From Chiloscyllium plagiosum (lineage: Eukaryota), in contig NC_057749.1 in the NCBI RefSeq assembly GCF_004010195.1, forward strand, positions 13,390,543 through 13,454,542: DNA of 64,000 nucleotides, in the 5' to 3' direction. The position numbers were made by a program, and so were the translations under genes. The notes beneath the pieces are model-generated. The model was given only the letters and a program-made list of their open reading frames with translations. It did not search any database and was not told where the DNA came from. This document shows positions 1 to 13,894 of the stretch, in pieces; position 1 is the stretch's first letter; each line of letters starts with the position of its first letter.

Positions 1-725
1 GAGATGTCAACCAAAGCAGAGGAAGCAGACCATACGATAAACAAGGCTCCTTAGACAGTACCTTCAAAACCCCAAAAGCTCTCACACAAGAGTGGCAGAT
101 ACAAGGGAACACCACCAAATGTAAGTTTCCCTCCAAGCCACACACCATCCTGACTTGGAAATATATCACAGTTCCTTCAGTCAAAGGAACTAGGTCAAAT
201 TCTTGGAACTCCATATCAGCATTATGTAACTACTTACACCTGATGTACTTCAGTGGTTCAAGAAGGCAGCTCACCATCACCTTCTCCAGGGCAATTAGGG
301 ATAGGTAATAAATGCAGATCAGCGACGCCCAGATCCCATGAATGGATATTTTAAAAATCAGCAATGGTCAAGGGACGTGATTTATTTGGATGGTGAAAGT
401 TGGTTAGGATGCAAGGAGCACTTCATCTCTGAAGGTCAGTGCTTCCCACAATGCAGCATTCCCTCAGTACTGTTTTGGAAAGCCACTTTAAATTCCAAGG
501 GTCATCTTTGATTTGTGCAGTGCCTGCAACTTTAAGGAAGCTTGCATCTGTTGTGCTATTTTATAGTTTGTCCATGCATAATTTACAGTGTTGGCAAAAT
601 TAGTATTTGATTGGGTTATTTTATACCACTCACATAATAAATACATATAAAGGTTATTAAATGGCTGTTCTGATTAGATCCTTTGGCTCTGATTAAACCT
701 TGAGACTATAATCACTTTGCCATGA

Positions 726-985
726 GGGCCCTCCTGTGGTACAATAGTTGTGTCCCTACCACTGGACTGGGAGAACCAGAAGGCCTGGGTTCAAATACCA
801 CTTGCTCCAGAGGTGTACAATAATCTCTGAATAGGTTAAAAAAGATTACTTCACCATAAGGGCCCTGTTGTGGCGCAGAGGTAGTGGTCCCTATCCTTGG
901 ACTGGGAGGCCCAAGTTCAACCACCCCTGCTCAGGAGGTGTGTAATAATATCTCTGAACAGATTGATTAGAAAAATAGGTTAAAA
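726..985 (+). repeat. Two tandem diverged copies (about 130 bp) of a short tRNA-like SINE
   Basis: both begin agggccct..tgtgg and contain gtcccta, gttcaa and atctctgaa; relatives at about 1950-2080 (+) and 60235-60335 (-). Confidence 0.55.
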
Positions 986-1125
986 TAACCACTTTGCTTA
1001 TTCATACAACAGCAAGCTACATTAGCACAAATCAACGGCCATGTAGAAAACAGCCGGAACGCCCTCCCATTCACCATTTGATCTTGACTTATTAAAGGGA
1101 GGCAGCATTGCCTCCAAACCTTTCC

Positions 1126-1202
1126 AGATTAGTGGTGCTGGAAGAGCACAGCAGTTCAGGCAGCATCCGAGGAGCAGTAAAATTGACGTTTCGGGCAAAA
1201 GC
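1126..1202 (-). mobile_element. Penelope-like terminal-repeat fragment, truncated in hammerhead stem II, with 15-bp TSD
   Basis: cctccaaacctttcc at 1111-1125 and 1203-1217; minus strand reads gcccGAAACGTCaattttactgctcctcggatgctgcctg. Confidence 0.8.
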
Positions 1203-4200
1203 CCTCCAAACCTTTCCTGTCTGCTTCACAGCCCTCTGCACTCAAACTGCTGTATGCCATACTCTCTCTCCCAGCAACACGTTGCAACTCATAGAATGAA
1301 CATCACCCAGGGCAATCCCCACTCCAAGTGTTAAATGTCACAGCAGGTTTGAATATTTCACTTTCAAATATAGCCCCCCAGGAAATCTGACAGAATTCAA
1401 TCTTCTGCTGGGGTAGTAGGATTGGCGACTTACAATCTTATCTCTGTCATCTGACTCATTCTATGTGCTTGATGTGTGGATGCCAGTCACCCCTTGGTAT
1501 CTCACCCAATGAAATGTGTGTTGACCTTAAGAGAATGGAGGAGGTGAGCTGGTCCAACATGGGCACTGATTCTGCCCTTGGCTGATGTCCACACGCAGGC
1601 CCCTATGGAGGTGTTACTGATGATTCAATTGTGGGAGCCACATGCTCCTTAATCCGAGACCAACTCACTCAGCATCCAACAGTGATCAAACCTGGCCTGT
1701 ATGACTCAGACTCACACCAGCTGCCATTCAGTATCATTGTTGTGGTATTTTGTGCAAAACATGCTACAGCTCTATCTAGGTAGTGTAATTACTAGGCAGC
1801 ACCTCTACCTTGTTAGTTATTACACTTTGTGGAATTGCTTTGAGCTTCTGTCATTCATTGCTGTAATGTTTCTTGTATTTATCAAGCAAATACACACCTT
1901 TCCAAAGCTACATAATGTCCAACCCATCCAAATGACTAATTACTTCCTTTGTGGCTGTGGGCAGTGTCCCTATCTCTGAGCCAGAAGGTCCAGGCTCAAG
2001 TCTCACTCCAGGACTGAATGGCCAAAGAGAGGTGCATTAACAATGCGGCCAAACAGATTGAGAATCAACTTGTAAATCCTTCTGATACAAGTAGCAGGAG
2101 AGCTCTTCCTCAGCCAGAACCATGTGGTAGCTGCAGTGCAACAGCCTCCCCCACATGAAAAGACTCCATCCACAGATACTTGCCAGGGGCCACGTGCTGT
2201 GGCAAGTGTTCTCCTTGCTTTGAGTGGCTGCCAGTAAGAGAGAAACTTTCCTGAGGCATCCTAAAGAATAAAGCTTAACTTTTCATTAATTTCCAAATAC
2301 ACTTCCATTAATATCTGCATTTGCTCCATAGCACGATAAGCTGAAAGAACAAGCAATCCAAAAGTGGATTTATCCCACCTAGTTTCTCATCCAAACACTT
2401 CAGCCTTGTATCTCTGATGAAAAATGTGCAATCTTCCCATCAACTCAGTTGCACTTTCTCAACATAAGAAATAGGAATGGGCCATTTAGCCCCTCAAGCC
2501 TGTTCCACCATTCAAGATGGATCATGGCCTCAACTCTGCTTGTGTGGCGATCCCTACCCAACATTTGGTTCTTTTAGAGATCATGACTCTTGAATATATT
2601 CAATTACCTAAACTCTACTGCTCCCTGAGGCAGAGAATTCCAAAATCCTCCTCATCTCTGTTTTAAACACAAAGATTCCTTAAAGGGAAGGAGAGTGAGT
2701 GGAGATTTGACAAAGTTGGACAAGATCGCAACAGTTTTAGTTAAAGTAAGACAACATGACAACAACAGTGGAACAAAAACCGGCAAACACCAATTTAAGA
2801 TTTTGCATGAGGGATGCAGGAGGAATGTGGAGAAGAATCTTTTTTACACAGCAAGTGCTAATGAGCAATGATCGTACTGAAAGACAGGGCAGTTTCAATG
2901 GGCTGAATGGCCTGCCCCTGTTCCCATGGGCTGTCCATGAGGGTGGTGGAAGCAGAGACAGTGAATGAGTTCAAAAGGAAACTGGATGGCCTCAAGAGGA
3001 AAATGAACTGGCAGAGTTATGGAGATAGGGAGGGGAGATGAAACTGACTGGAATGGTCTACAGAGGGCTAGAATGAACTCAATGGGCAGAGTGATGGCCT
3101 CCAGCTCTGCTGTAATGACTTGGTGTTCTCTGAAAGCCTCACAATGCTTCACAGCCTTTGATGTACTTTCCTGAAATGTGGTTGCTCTTGTAAAGTCGGA
3201 AATGTGAATGTTCTGTTTGTGCATAGCAAGATCCCACAGCAACACTATGTTAATGGCCAGCCACCCAGCCTTAATGATATTAATTCATGGACGAATACTG
3301 GCCCAGACAAAAACTCCCCAACCTTTCTATGATACGGTACTGTAGAAGCTTTCTTATCAACCCTGGAGGCCTGACAGATCTCCATTTATTATCGCATCTG
3401 TAACAGCACCTCACATAGTGTAGCAATCTCTCAATACTGCTCTGGGTGTGGAGGAGAGTGGGATTGTTCGCATTTCTCTGCTAACAATGTAAAGAAGGTT
3501 GGTTACACAGTACTGTGTGTAGTTTCAATCTCCTTATCTCTAGAAAAATATCATTGCCATGCTTGGGAGCGCAACAGAAGTTAATCAGACTTGATCCCGG
3601 GTGGTGGAACTGTCCTAAGAAGAGAGATCAGGCAACCTGAGCCTGTATTCTCTAGTGTTTTGAAGAATGAGAGCTGATCTCATTGACACTTACAAAACAC
3701 TTAAAGGGATTGACTGGGTAAATGTGGGTAAAATGTTTCCCCTAGCTGGGGTAGTAGAGAACTGGGGGGGCACAGCTTAAAAACAAGGGGGTGCCACTTA
3801 GATCGTACACTTTGGGAATTCTCTACCAACTGTTTAGGCTCAGCCTTTGAGTTGAATTGAATTAGATTTATTGTCACTGCTTGAGGTAGAGATTGATAGG
3901 TTTCTGATTAGCAGTAGCATACAGGGTTAGATTCCCTACATTATGGGAACAGGCCCTTCGGCCCAACAAGTCCACCTGGCCAGCCAAAGAGTAATCCACC
4001 CAAACCCATTCCCCTAACCTATATTTTCCCCGACTAATTCGCTAGGCACTAGGGGCAATTCACCTAACCTGCACATCTTTGAATTGTTGGAGGAAACCGG
4101 AGCCCTCTGAGGAAACCTGTGCAGACACGGGAGAAAGTGCAAACTCCACCCAGACAGTCACCCAAGGTTGGAATTGAACCTGGGTCCCTGGCACTGTAAG

Positions 4201-4965
4201 GCAGTAGTGGTAACCACTGAGCCACCGTGCCACCTGCTAAAGGCATTAAAGTGTTCAATCAGCCATGATTGTATAGAATAGCAGGACAAGCTGAACAGAC
4301 TGAATGACCCAGTTCTGTTTCTATGTTCCTAACTTCCTGAGGTGGGATTTGGGCTACAGCCTTTCTGACATAGAGTCACATGTGGGTACCACTAACAATT
4401 CCAAGACCCCTCTCTCCCTGATGATAATCAGCCCAACTTCTTTTCTCCTCCTGCTTGACGCCTGCCTGGAACAAAAGCTTTGCAAAGCAAATGTCTCAGT
4501 TTTTAATTGAAACTTCCTTTGTGTCACAAACGCAACACGCATGGTAAGTGTTTGTTAGGGGAGGAAAAGAAATCAACTAGAGCCAAGACAAGTGACAAGG
4601 ACCAAGAATTTGCATAATTGTGAATATAACAATGAATTAATTATGCTGACAGTCCTTTCTCTTTGTGTGTGTTTGTGAAATTTTTCTGTCACCAGTGGGT
4701 GATGTTATAATTGGTATTTGTTTAAGGAACTAACCTGCATAAATAGGCTTTTAGTTCTATTTCATCGGTGGCTAAGCGAGATGGGACATTTGCCTCTCAA
4801 ACTGAAACATTGCAGAGTTACTGGTGAAGGGGTTTGAAAGTGTTTGTTTGTGTTGAGAAATCCAGGTTCAAGATGTGTGTTGCAAATGATCGCTCTGGCT
4901 GAAAATGGACTAGGTTGCTTAAAAATCTGAGACACCCTTAAAAATTGCTGAAACGCTGCCAAATC

Positions 4966-5275
4966 TAGATTAGATTAGATTCCCTACAGTGTGGAAACAG
5001 GCCCTTCGGCCCAACAAGTCCACACCGACCCTCCAAAGAGTAACCCGCCCAGACCCATTTCCCTCTGACTAATGCACCTAACACTATGGGCAGTTTAGCA
5101 TGGCCAATCTACCTAACCTGCACATCTTTGGACTGTGGGAGGAAACTGGAGCACCCAGAGGAAACCCACGCAGACACAGGGAGAATGTGCAAACTCCGCA
5201 CAGACCATTGCCCGAGGCTGGAATCGAACCCTGCTGTGAGGCTGCAGTGCTAACCACTGAGCCACCATGCTGCCC
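4966..5275 (-). mobile_element. HE1-type SINE
   Basis: (tagat)n tail, conserved core. Further minus-strand copies at about 3927-4233, 7095-7410, 8853-9117, 36540-36866, 37009-37228, 53448-53748. Confidence 0.9.
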
Positions 5276-8200
5276 TGTCAATGGATGAATCAAGAACTAG
5301 TTGCCACGGGAGTTCAACTTGAAAAACCTGGGGGTCTGTGGAAGAAAAATGGATGCATGCAGTGGGCTAGAACAGACTGCAACACCATCACAGTGAATGG
5401 TCCCAAAGATGTGCAGGTTAGGTGAATTGGCCATGTTAAATTGCCCATAGTGTTAGGTGAAGGGGTAAATGTAGGGAAATGGGTCTGGGTGGGTTGCTCT
5501 TCGGAGGGTTGGTGTGGACTTGTTGGGCCAAAGGGCCTGTTTCCACACTGTAAGTAATCTAATGTAATCATTATACCCCATGTCATTGGCACCTTATATA
5601 TTCATAGAGGTCTGCAGCGTGGAAACAGGCCCTTCAGCCTGTCTTGCCCATGCTGCCCAGTTTTCACAATTTAAACTAGTCCGATTTGTCTGTGCTTGGT
5701 CCACATCCCTTCATACCTATCATATCCATGTACCCGTCTAAATGTTTCTAAAATGACAAAATTATACTCACCTCCGCCACTACCTCTGGCAGCCCATTCC
5801 AGACCCTCACCACCCTCATTGTGAAAAGACTGCCCCTCTGGACCTAGTTGTATCTCTTCCCTCTCTCCTTAAACCTATGCCCTCTAGTTTTAGACTCCCC
5901 TACCATAGGGAAAAGCTGTCAGCTGTCTACCTTATCAATGTCTCTCATGATTTTATAAACCTCTATCAGGTCACTCCTCAGTCTCCCATGCTCCAGGTGA
6001 AAAGAGTCCCAGACAATCCAGCCTCTCCTTAAGACACAAACCTTCCAGTCAAAGTAACATGCTAATAATTCTTTTCTGTATTCTTTTTAGTCTAATGATA
6101 TCCTCCTCCTTTTTTTCCTTTGTGAGAAGCACTCACCCTTTCTAGGAAACCTTTCCTTACCTCCCTCTGAGACAAGCTATCTTAAACCCTCTGGAAATAT
6201 TCCAACGGGTATCAAGTCCCGTTCACCTGTCACCCCTGGTCTACATGATCTCCCTTTCCCACAAGATCTCATTACTGAAGTTCTCATCATTCTTTCCACA
6301 TTCTTGCTTGGCCTCACCATTCCATATCGTTTTACTCTCCTGCTGCCCGACACATCTGCCAGATCTCTGCACTTCTCCAATTCTAGATTCCTGACATATC
6401 CCTGATTTTAATCTTGGTCTTCAGCTGACTATGCTCAATGCTCTGTAATTCACTCCCTGAAACTTTCCTTCACTCTTTGTCTTCCTTTAACCTTTTTCCT
6501 GCCATCATGTCCCCTCATTTGACCCACGTCAAAATTCTGTTGGATACTAATGTCCTGTAGGGAGCAAAACTGCCATCCCTACTTGGTCCTGCCTACGTGT
6601 GACACCAGACCCACAACAATGGGGTCAACATTTAACTGCCCTCTAGGCAAATAGGGATGGGCAATAAATGCTGGCCTAGCCAGCGATGCCCTGATCTGAT
6701 AAATTAATGAAAAAAAAGCTAACCCTGACCTGGAGCATCTTGAGGCATTTTTACTAGGTTAAGCAGGTTATATAAATGAAAATTGTGCCAGTTTTACAGA
6801 AGGCAACTATTACATCATGATGTAAACTCAGTGCAAATCCAGGTATGTGGCAAGCTCAGAGGAGTATATCTGAAGCTGAGAAGGGAAAAGGGAGACAGAG
6901 ACATTTCTGAACAGAAGTTTCTCTGATAGTACTTACAGAATACTGTAACAAAAAAAGACATGTACCAATGGTGAAGTAAGGCTGGAAAGTCCATCCACTG
7001 TAGTCACCTTTGATATGAAAGAAATGTGAGAGACCTTGAGTGTGCCTTTCAATCAGGTTTCTCAATTTAAGTGATTTTTGTATCCAGAATTATAACATTC
7101 CTACAGTGTGGAAGCAGGCCATTCAGCCCATCGAGTCCACACTGACCCTCCAAAAAGCAGCCCACCCAGCCCCACATTTCCCATGGCTAATTAAGCCTAG
7201 TCTGCACATTCCTGGACAATTACCAATGGCCAATCCACCTAACCTGCACATCTTTGGACTGTGGGAGGAATCTGGAGGACACAGTGGAAGTCCACGCAGA
7301 CACAGGGAGAATGTGCAATCTCCACACAGACAGTCACCCGGGGCTGGAATTGAACCTGCATCCCTGGCACTAAAAGGCAGCAGTACTAACTACTGAGCCA
7401 CTGTCTGCCCAGATTGTATCAGGTCTCTCCATGGGCATTTGTGTAGCTTGTCCAAAACCAATGCTAATAGGAGTACACTTGTATCTTTGAAAGAAGCTTT
7501 GCTTCTGTTTGCCGTGAATGGGATGCAGAGGTTTGTTGGTTTTGGGTGCACAGCCAGTGTGATAGCACAGACAGAATGCCAATAACAAGCTCCAGAGACT
7601 CCACAGTCACAGCTTTCCCTCTCACTGCAGTTTCATTATGAACTCTGATAGGGCTCAGCAGTTACTCTTTCACAGCTGCTGCAAGTGTTTTAAGGCACGT
7701 AATGCTAATCAGTTTTCGCACACACACAAAAATAAATTCTAATTTGGTTGGTTTGGCTAGATTAGTCATTCTGGCTATTAACAAGACAACAGCATATGTG
7801 ACTATTGAACAATTTCACAATATTAATGATACATGTTAAAGTACAGACAATGAATGATGTAAGTTTTCAAATTGGGAATCCCAGATGCTAGCAAGTCCAG
7901 TTGAGGAGCCCAGTAGTTTTGCAATGTCTTGCTTCTATCCAACTATCAAAGATCTCCCCACTTCTTGACTTGCAATTTCCTTGATGCTTTATATTAATGA
8001 AGTGAGTGTTTTCTACAATGAAAACCTTCTGCAACTAAAACTTTCTTTTAGAAGTTGGGCAAATTATTTGCCCTGAGATATAACAAGGTGTGACAGAGTG
8101 GGTAGAGGAAGGGTGTTGCTGCACAAGCAATTAGTCCCTGGCATTGTTTCAGCACTGCAAGAGCTTTTCCCCCACACAGGTTGGGAACCCCACTTAAAAG

Positions 8201-9401
8201 AGTCCGTAAAACTATTAATGCATTCAGATGTTTAATTCACTTTGGGCGCATCATATGATTCAGTCAAGGTTAATTGAGTAGTTCTCTGCTTCTGAATCAC
8301 AGGGTTATGCATTATGCCCCAGGACTAGAGAACATCTGGCACTCCAGTGCAGTGACCAGGGAGTGCTGTACTGTTAGAGGTGTTGTGCTTCAGATGAATA
8401 AGCTAGGGTCCATTTACCGATTAGGGTGAACATAAAAGATCCTATGGGGCTATTTTGAAGAGCAGGAAGGATTGTTATCGCTCAACCAACATTGATGATA
8501 AAAAGATATTGTGGTCATCATCACATTGCCATTTGTAGGGGCCTGCTGTGTGAACCAGGGTTGCTGCATTTTCTACATTACAACCATGAGTGCACTTCAA
8601 AAGCAGTCCATTGGCTATAAAGCACTTTAATGTGTAGCAGCTGTGAAAAGTGCTATGCAAATGTAAGTCTTTATTTTTATTTCTGCTGGAAAATGGGATT
8701 AGAATTATTAGGTACTAGTCTTTGACCAGTGCAGAATTGATGGACTGAAGGTCCTTTTCTTGTGCTGTAGACTGCTATGACTCTATAACTATGACACGAT
8801 CAATCTTGAGATTTACTCTCTCACTCAAAATGGGGAAATTCACAGCATTGAGATCATAGAATCATAATGTTCCTACCATGTGGAAACAGGCCACACCAAC
8901 CCTCCGAAGTACATCCCATCCAGACTCAACCCTATCCCTGTAACCCTGCATTTCCCATGGCCAATTCACCGAATCTGCACATCTTTGGACTGTGGGAGGA
9001 AACCCACGCAGACACAGGGAGAATGTGCAAGCTCTTTAGTCAGTCACCCAAGGATGGAATCTAACCCAGGTTTGGTTCTGTGAGGCAGCAGTGCTAACCA
9101 CTGAGCCACCGTGCCATGCCAGATCTAGCAGAGTAATTGTAGAGAAGATGTAAGTGTGCCTTGAAGGAGGGTTAGCTAGAAGCTTTCAGACTTATCCACA
9201 ACAATGGTTTCTTCTGTACAGTCTCGACCTATTCTAAGTGAATGTAATGGTTCCTCTGAGGCAAAAGGTAGTGGACTCAAGTTATGCTCTTCATTAGCAG
9301 CCAGCTGGCTGGGTATGAATGGATTCAGTCAGAGTTCTGACTGGTTTCTATGAGTCAGTTCGATATCCGGTAGTCCGCTTTTTAAACCAAAGATTTACTA
9401 T

Positions 9402-9436
9402 AGTCCTGATGAAGCGTTATGCCTGAAACGTTGACT
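9402..9436 (+). ncRNA. Minimal type I hammerhead ribozyme motif
   Basis: stem I agtc/gact, CUGAUGA core, imperfect stem II, GAAAC, palindromic ACGU stem III, GUU cleavage triplet. Confidence 0.6.
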
Positions 9437-9521
9437 CTGTTGCTCCTGACGTGCTGTGCATTTTCCAACGCCACACTTTATCGATCCTGACTCTCCAGCA
9501 TGTGTGGTCCTCACTAGCTCC
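9402..9521 (+). mobile_element. PLE terminal repeat with hammerhead motif
   Basis: same family as 34966/44758/51918; begins with agtcCTGATGA...GAAACGTTgact. Confidence 0.75.
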
Positions 9522-9884
9522 TATTTATTATAATTCCAATCAAGTGTATTTATTTCTATTTCAGATTACCAGTAGATTCATGAAGATAAGTGCTTAAATG
9601 ATGCACCATAAAGAATAAAATGTCACTGTGACACCCCCAATAATATCTATTGAAGTAGAGAATAAAATGAAGAACTGGTATTAATATACTGCCTTCATGA
9701 CCTCAAAGTTCATTGCAATTAATTATTCACTTTAGAAATTTAGTCATTGTCGTAATGTAAAAAAAGGCAATTGCCAATTTGCATACAGTAAGCTCCCAAA
9801 GACAAATAAGTGACTGGATAATCTGTGTTAGTGGTGTTGCTCAGCACTAATAGTCACCCAGGGAACTAAGAAGAAAAGACATGC

Positions 9885-9980
9885 AAACAGAAATCACTGG
9901 AAAAGTTCAGCAAGTCTGGCAGCGTCAGTGGAGAGAAATCACAGTTAAGGTTTCGGATCTAGTGACCCTTCTTCAGAACT
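9885..9980 (-). mobile_element. PLE terminal repeat (second family) with hammerhead core
   Basis: minus strand agttCTGAAGAagggtcactagatccGAAACcttaact. Related copies at about 13365-13493 (+), 15955-16055 (-), 29650-29747 (-), 35430-35550 (-), 38320-38429 (-), 40015-40119 (-), 49830-49947 (-). Confidence 0.7.
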
Positions 9981-12099
9981 TAGCAAAATGTCCCCCTCTT
10001 CAAAACAAATCCACAGAATTTTATTATCTCCACATAGGCGCACAGGCAGAGCTTCAGTTTTATAACTCAAAGGCTAGCTGTGCCCCCACTCCCCTCCCCC
10101 AGCAATGTAACATTCCCTCAGCATCGCACTGCAGCACCAGTTTTCATTTCTGTGCTCAAGTCTCTGGACTGGAAGTGGGATGGTAAACTTGAAATCACAA
10201 CCTCCAATATACGAGAAAACACAGCTCTGAACTAAGGCACAGCCAAGAGCAAGGTAAAAAGAAGACACACATCAACACCGAGTCTATTTAATTAGCAAAT
10301 ATCTACTTATATATTCCATTATTGATTGCTGGTGAGCTACTGCCCAGAGTAGTGCTTTCCAACTGCATCAAGGAAACCTACATTTAAAATTCAAGTGCCT
10401 TTCCCTTGAGAGAGATTTAAACACAGAACAAAATACTGTTGAACTGGCTCACTGGACCATTGCTTATTTGTTACTGGCAGATTTCCTGCGGCACTGCTCA
10501 TGATCCAATGGACGAAACTCTGCTTTAGGACGGTCGGGGCATCATAACAAATACTTATCTACCTGATTATCTTCTGCTGATTACTTTACTGTTAATATGA
10601 AATCTCATCAAATCTCCAGCTTCTTTCCTCTCCATCAAAAGTAATTCTGGAAACAAAATTATACCCAGTGTCCTCAATCACAGGGTGAATGAATTGTACA
10701 GCACAGAAGGAGGCCATTCAGCCCATCTTTGAGAAAGCCACTGCCCAATTCTTTCCCAATAGCCCAACATCTTTCCCCTGCAGGTCCACATTGAATAGAT
10801 GCTTTGAAAGTTCACTAAACAACCTGCTCCAATCATCCCTTCAGCTAGTGGCATTTGGATGGGTATATGAATAGAAAGGGTTTGGAGGGCTATGGGCTGG
10901 GTGCTGGCAGGTGGGACTAGATTGGGTTGGGATACCTGGTCGGCATGGACAGGTTGGACCGAAGGTCTGTTTCCATGCTGTACATCTCTATGACTCTATG
11001 ACTCCTGAGGTTCCCCTCCAAGCCACACACCATTCTGACTTGGAATTATATCAACAATTCATTCACTGTCACTGGTTGAAAACCCTGCAACCCTCTCCCT
11101 ACAGTGGACATTCCTACCCTCCCTGGACTGCAGCAGTTCAGGAAGGCAGTTCACTCACCTTCTCTGGGGCAGTTTGGAATGAGCAATAAATGCTGACCAC
11201 ACTAGCAATACCCACATCCTATGAATGCATAAAGAAAACTCATTGTTCATAAAAAAATACTCATAATTTCCTCTCTAGTTCTTTAGCCGATTACTTTTAA
11301 TCTGTGCCCTCTGGTTATCAATCTTCCTGCCAGTGGAAAGATTTTGTCTTTACTTTAACAAAACCCTGAGTTACTGCCAATGCCTCTATTAAATTGACTT
11401 TCCCATTTAACTCTGTTCACTTGACCATCTATTCCCTACTCCCTCATATGTTTATCTAGGCTTCCCTTACGTGTGTCATTCACTTAAACCACTTTTTACG
11501 ATCATGACTTTTTAAATTCTCACGATGCTATAGATGAGAATATTTATCCAGAATTCAAAAATTTTCTTTTTATTATTTAATTATTATATTTTTATTATTT
11601 ATATTAACTTATATTCAAGTTAAATAGTAATTATTAATCACAGACTGAGGAAGTAAGTCAAGAGCAGATCTTATCCTGTACCAATACACCCAACTCCATC
11701 TCCCAACCTCAATCCCACCCTTGCTCTCCCCTTCTGCTGAATCTTCTGTAACCGACTATTGGTCTCAGAAGGTATTTGATGTGTGAGTGGGGCTGTCAGA
11801 AAATTCAGATTGTTTAATGAATGACAGACTTTCTCACAAAGCAGCTGCTTTCAATCCCTGAGATATTTGCTGATGGTACCTTTAGAAGCTATCAAAATGA
11901 TCAACAGTTAAGACAGGACTTGAGTGAAATAATCTAGTGTAGGAGCAGTAGCATAGTGGCAATGCTATGGACTCATAATACAGTGGTTTTGAGTCATAAA
12001 TTCAATTCTCACCAATCCACCTAATGGCTTTTTTTAAATTCAATATCTCTGGACATCGGAGTGCATCTAAGAAAAATTAACAAACAGCGAAATTACCTT

Positions 12100-12455
12100 A
12101 CAGAGATTTATAAAATCATGAGGGGCATGGATAGGATAAATAGACAAGGTCCTTTCTCTGGGGTGGGGGAGTCCAGAACTAGAGGGCATAGGTTTAGAGT
12201 GAAAGAGGAAAAATTTAAAAGGGAACTAAGGGGCAACTTTTTCACACAGAGGGTGAGTGTATGGAATCAGCTGCCAGAGGGAGTGGTGGATGCTGGTACA
12301 ATTACAGCATTTAAAAGGCAACTGGATGGGTACATGATCAGGAAGTGTTTGGAGGGATATGGGCCAAGTGCTGGCAAATGGGACTAGATCATTTTAGGGT
12401 ATCTGGTTGGCATGGACGAGTTGCACCAAAGGACCTGTTTCCGTGACTCTATGAC
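12100..12455 (+). mobile_element. CR1 LINE 3' end
   Basis: EIYKIMRG...TRGHRF...FFTQRV; gactctatga tail. Similar fragments at about 2790-3120 (+), 3500-3925 (+), 5600-6100 (-), 10855-11003 (+), 34260-34880 (-), 40540-41000 (+), 46345-46580 (+), 51590-51850 (-), 51860-52490 (+), 57020-57240 (+). Confidence 0.8.
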
Positions 12456-13737
12456 AGTATGATATGGGCATCGCTGGGTAGGTCAGCATTTATTAGCCAT
12501 CCCTAATTGCCCAGAGGGCAGTTAAGCATCAACCACATTGCTGTGATTACGGAGTCACACACAGGCCAGACCAGGTAGGAATGGCAGTTTCCTTCCCTAA
12601 AGGACATTAGTGAACCAGACGGGTTTTTCCGACAGTCGTTAATGGTTTTTTTGTGGTCACCATTAGATTCCTAATTCCTGATTTTTAACAATTGAATTCA
12701 CATTTGACCATCTGCCATGGCAGCATTCAAACCCAGGTCTGTCTCTGGATTAAATAGTCTAGCGATAATATCACCATGTCATTGCTGTTTGGTCATGCAG
12801 AATTTCAGTGCTGCTATAAAATAACACATTTTGTTGACGTTTTTCATCTTGCACCCATTAGGATAATTTAAAGAATGCCAACGTGAAGGTTTATTCCTTA
12901 AGGTAATGCCTTGACTAATCAGAGTCAATCTGCCTGGTTTAAATTTAATTAAAGCTTGACAGTTAGGTGGAGGTGATGGCTTCATGATATTATTGCTAGA
13001 CTACTTATCCAGCGATTCAGGTAATATTCTGGTGAACCAAGGTTTAAATCATATTACAATAGAACAAAGAATTTGAATTCAATAAAAATCTGGGTTTCAG
13101 GGTCTAATGATGATCATTGCCCCTTTCTCCTGGGGAAAATCCTGATTCATTAATGTCTTATAGGAAATATAACTGCTGTCTTTACCTGGTCTGCATCCAG
13201 CCCCAGAACAATGCAACTGTCTGTTAACTACCCTCTGGGCAATAAGGAATGAGCAGTAAATGCTTGCCTTGCTAGTGATGCCCATATTCCATAAATGAAT
13301 TAATTACTAATTGTCAGCTATCATCTGACTGATACATTCCTCATGGCAAAGCATCTGACAAACAGTGTTCTGAGGAAGGCTCACTAGATCTGAAACGTTA
13401 ACTCTGATTTCTCTCCTCAGGTGCTGCCAGACCTGCTGAGCTTTCCTAGCAATTTATGTTTTTGTTTCTGATTTCCAGCATCCTCAGTTCTTTCAGCTTT
13501 AATCAATCAGAGCCCATTTGCCAACAAATGACCATGCTCTTCTCATACACTACAAAGATCTTGTTCCCCTTTACATTGCTATTCTTGCGAATTGTCCTGA
13601 TGAGTGCAAAATGGAATGCTTTCATAAAATGTGCCTTTGTTCAGTAATAATGAATCTAAAATAAAATGCTGGCCTTATTAATGATGATCATGAAATTACC
13701 AGATTATTGTGTAAACAAAGACATCTGGTTCACTGAG

Positions 13738-13894
13738 CAGAAAAATAAACCAAAAAACTGCGGATGTCAGAAGTTTCTAAACTGAAACAAAAACACAACT
13801 GTTCTTAAGAAGAGTCACTGGACCTGAAATGTTCTTCACCACAGATGTTGCCAGATCTGCTGAGTTTCTACAGCAATTTCTGTTTTTGTTTCAG
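13738..13894. mobile_element. Degenerate fold-back PLE cassette with TSD of at least 11 bp
   Basis: catctggttca at 13722-13732 and 13895-13905; inverted ctgaaacaaaaac / gtttttgtttcag. Confidence 0.6.

Noticed and set aside
4500..4550. ATG|GTAAGT possible start exon (also ag|gtatgt at 6842)
   Set aside because: Isolated splice-like motifs without homology or a supported frame; expected by chance in 64 kb
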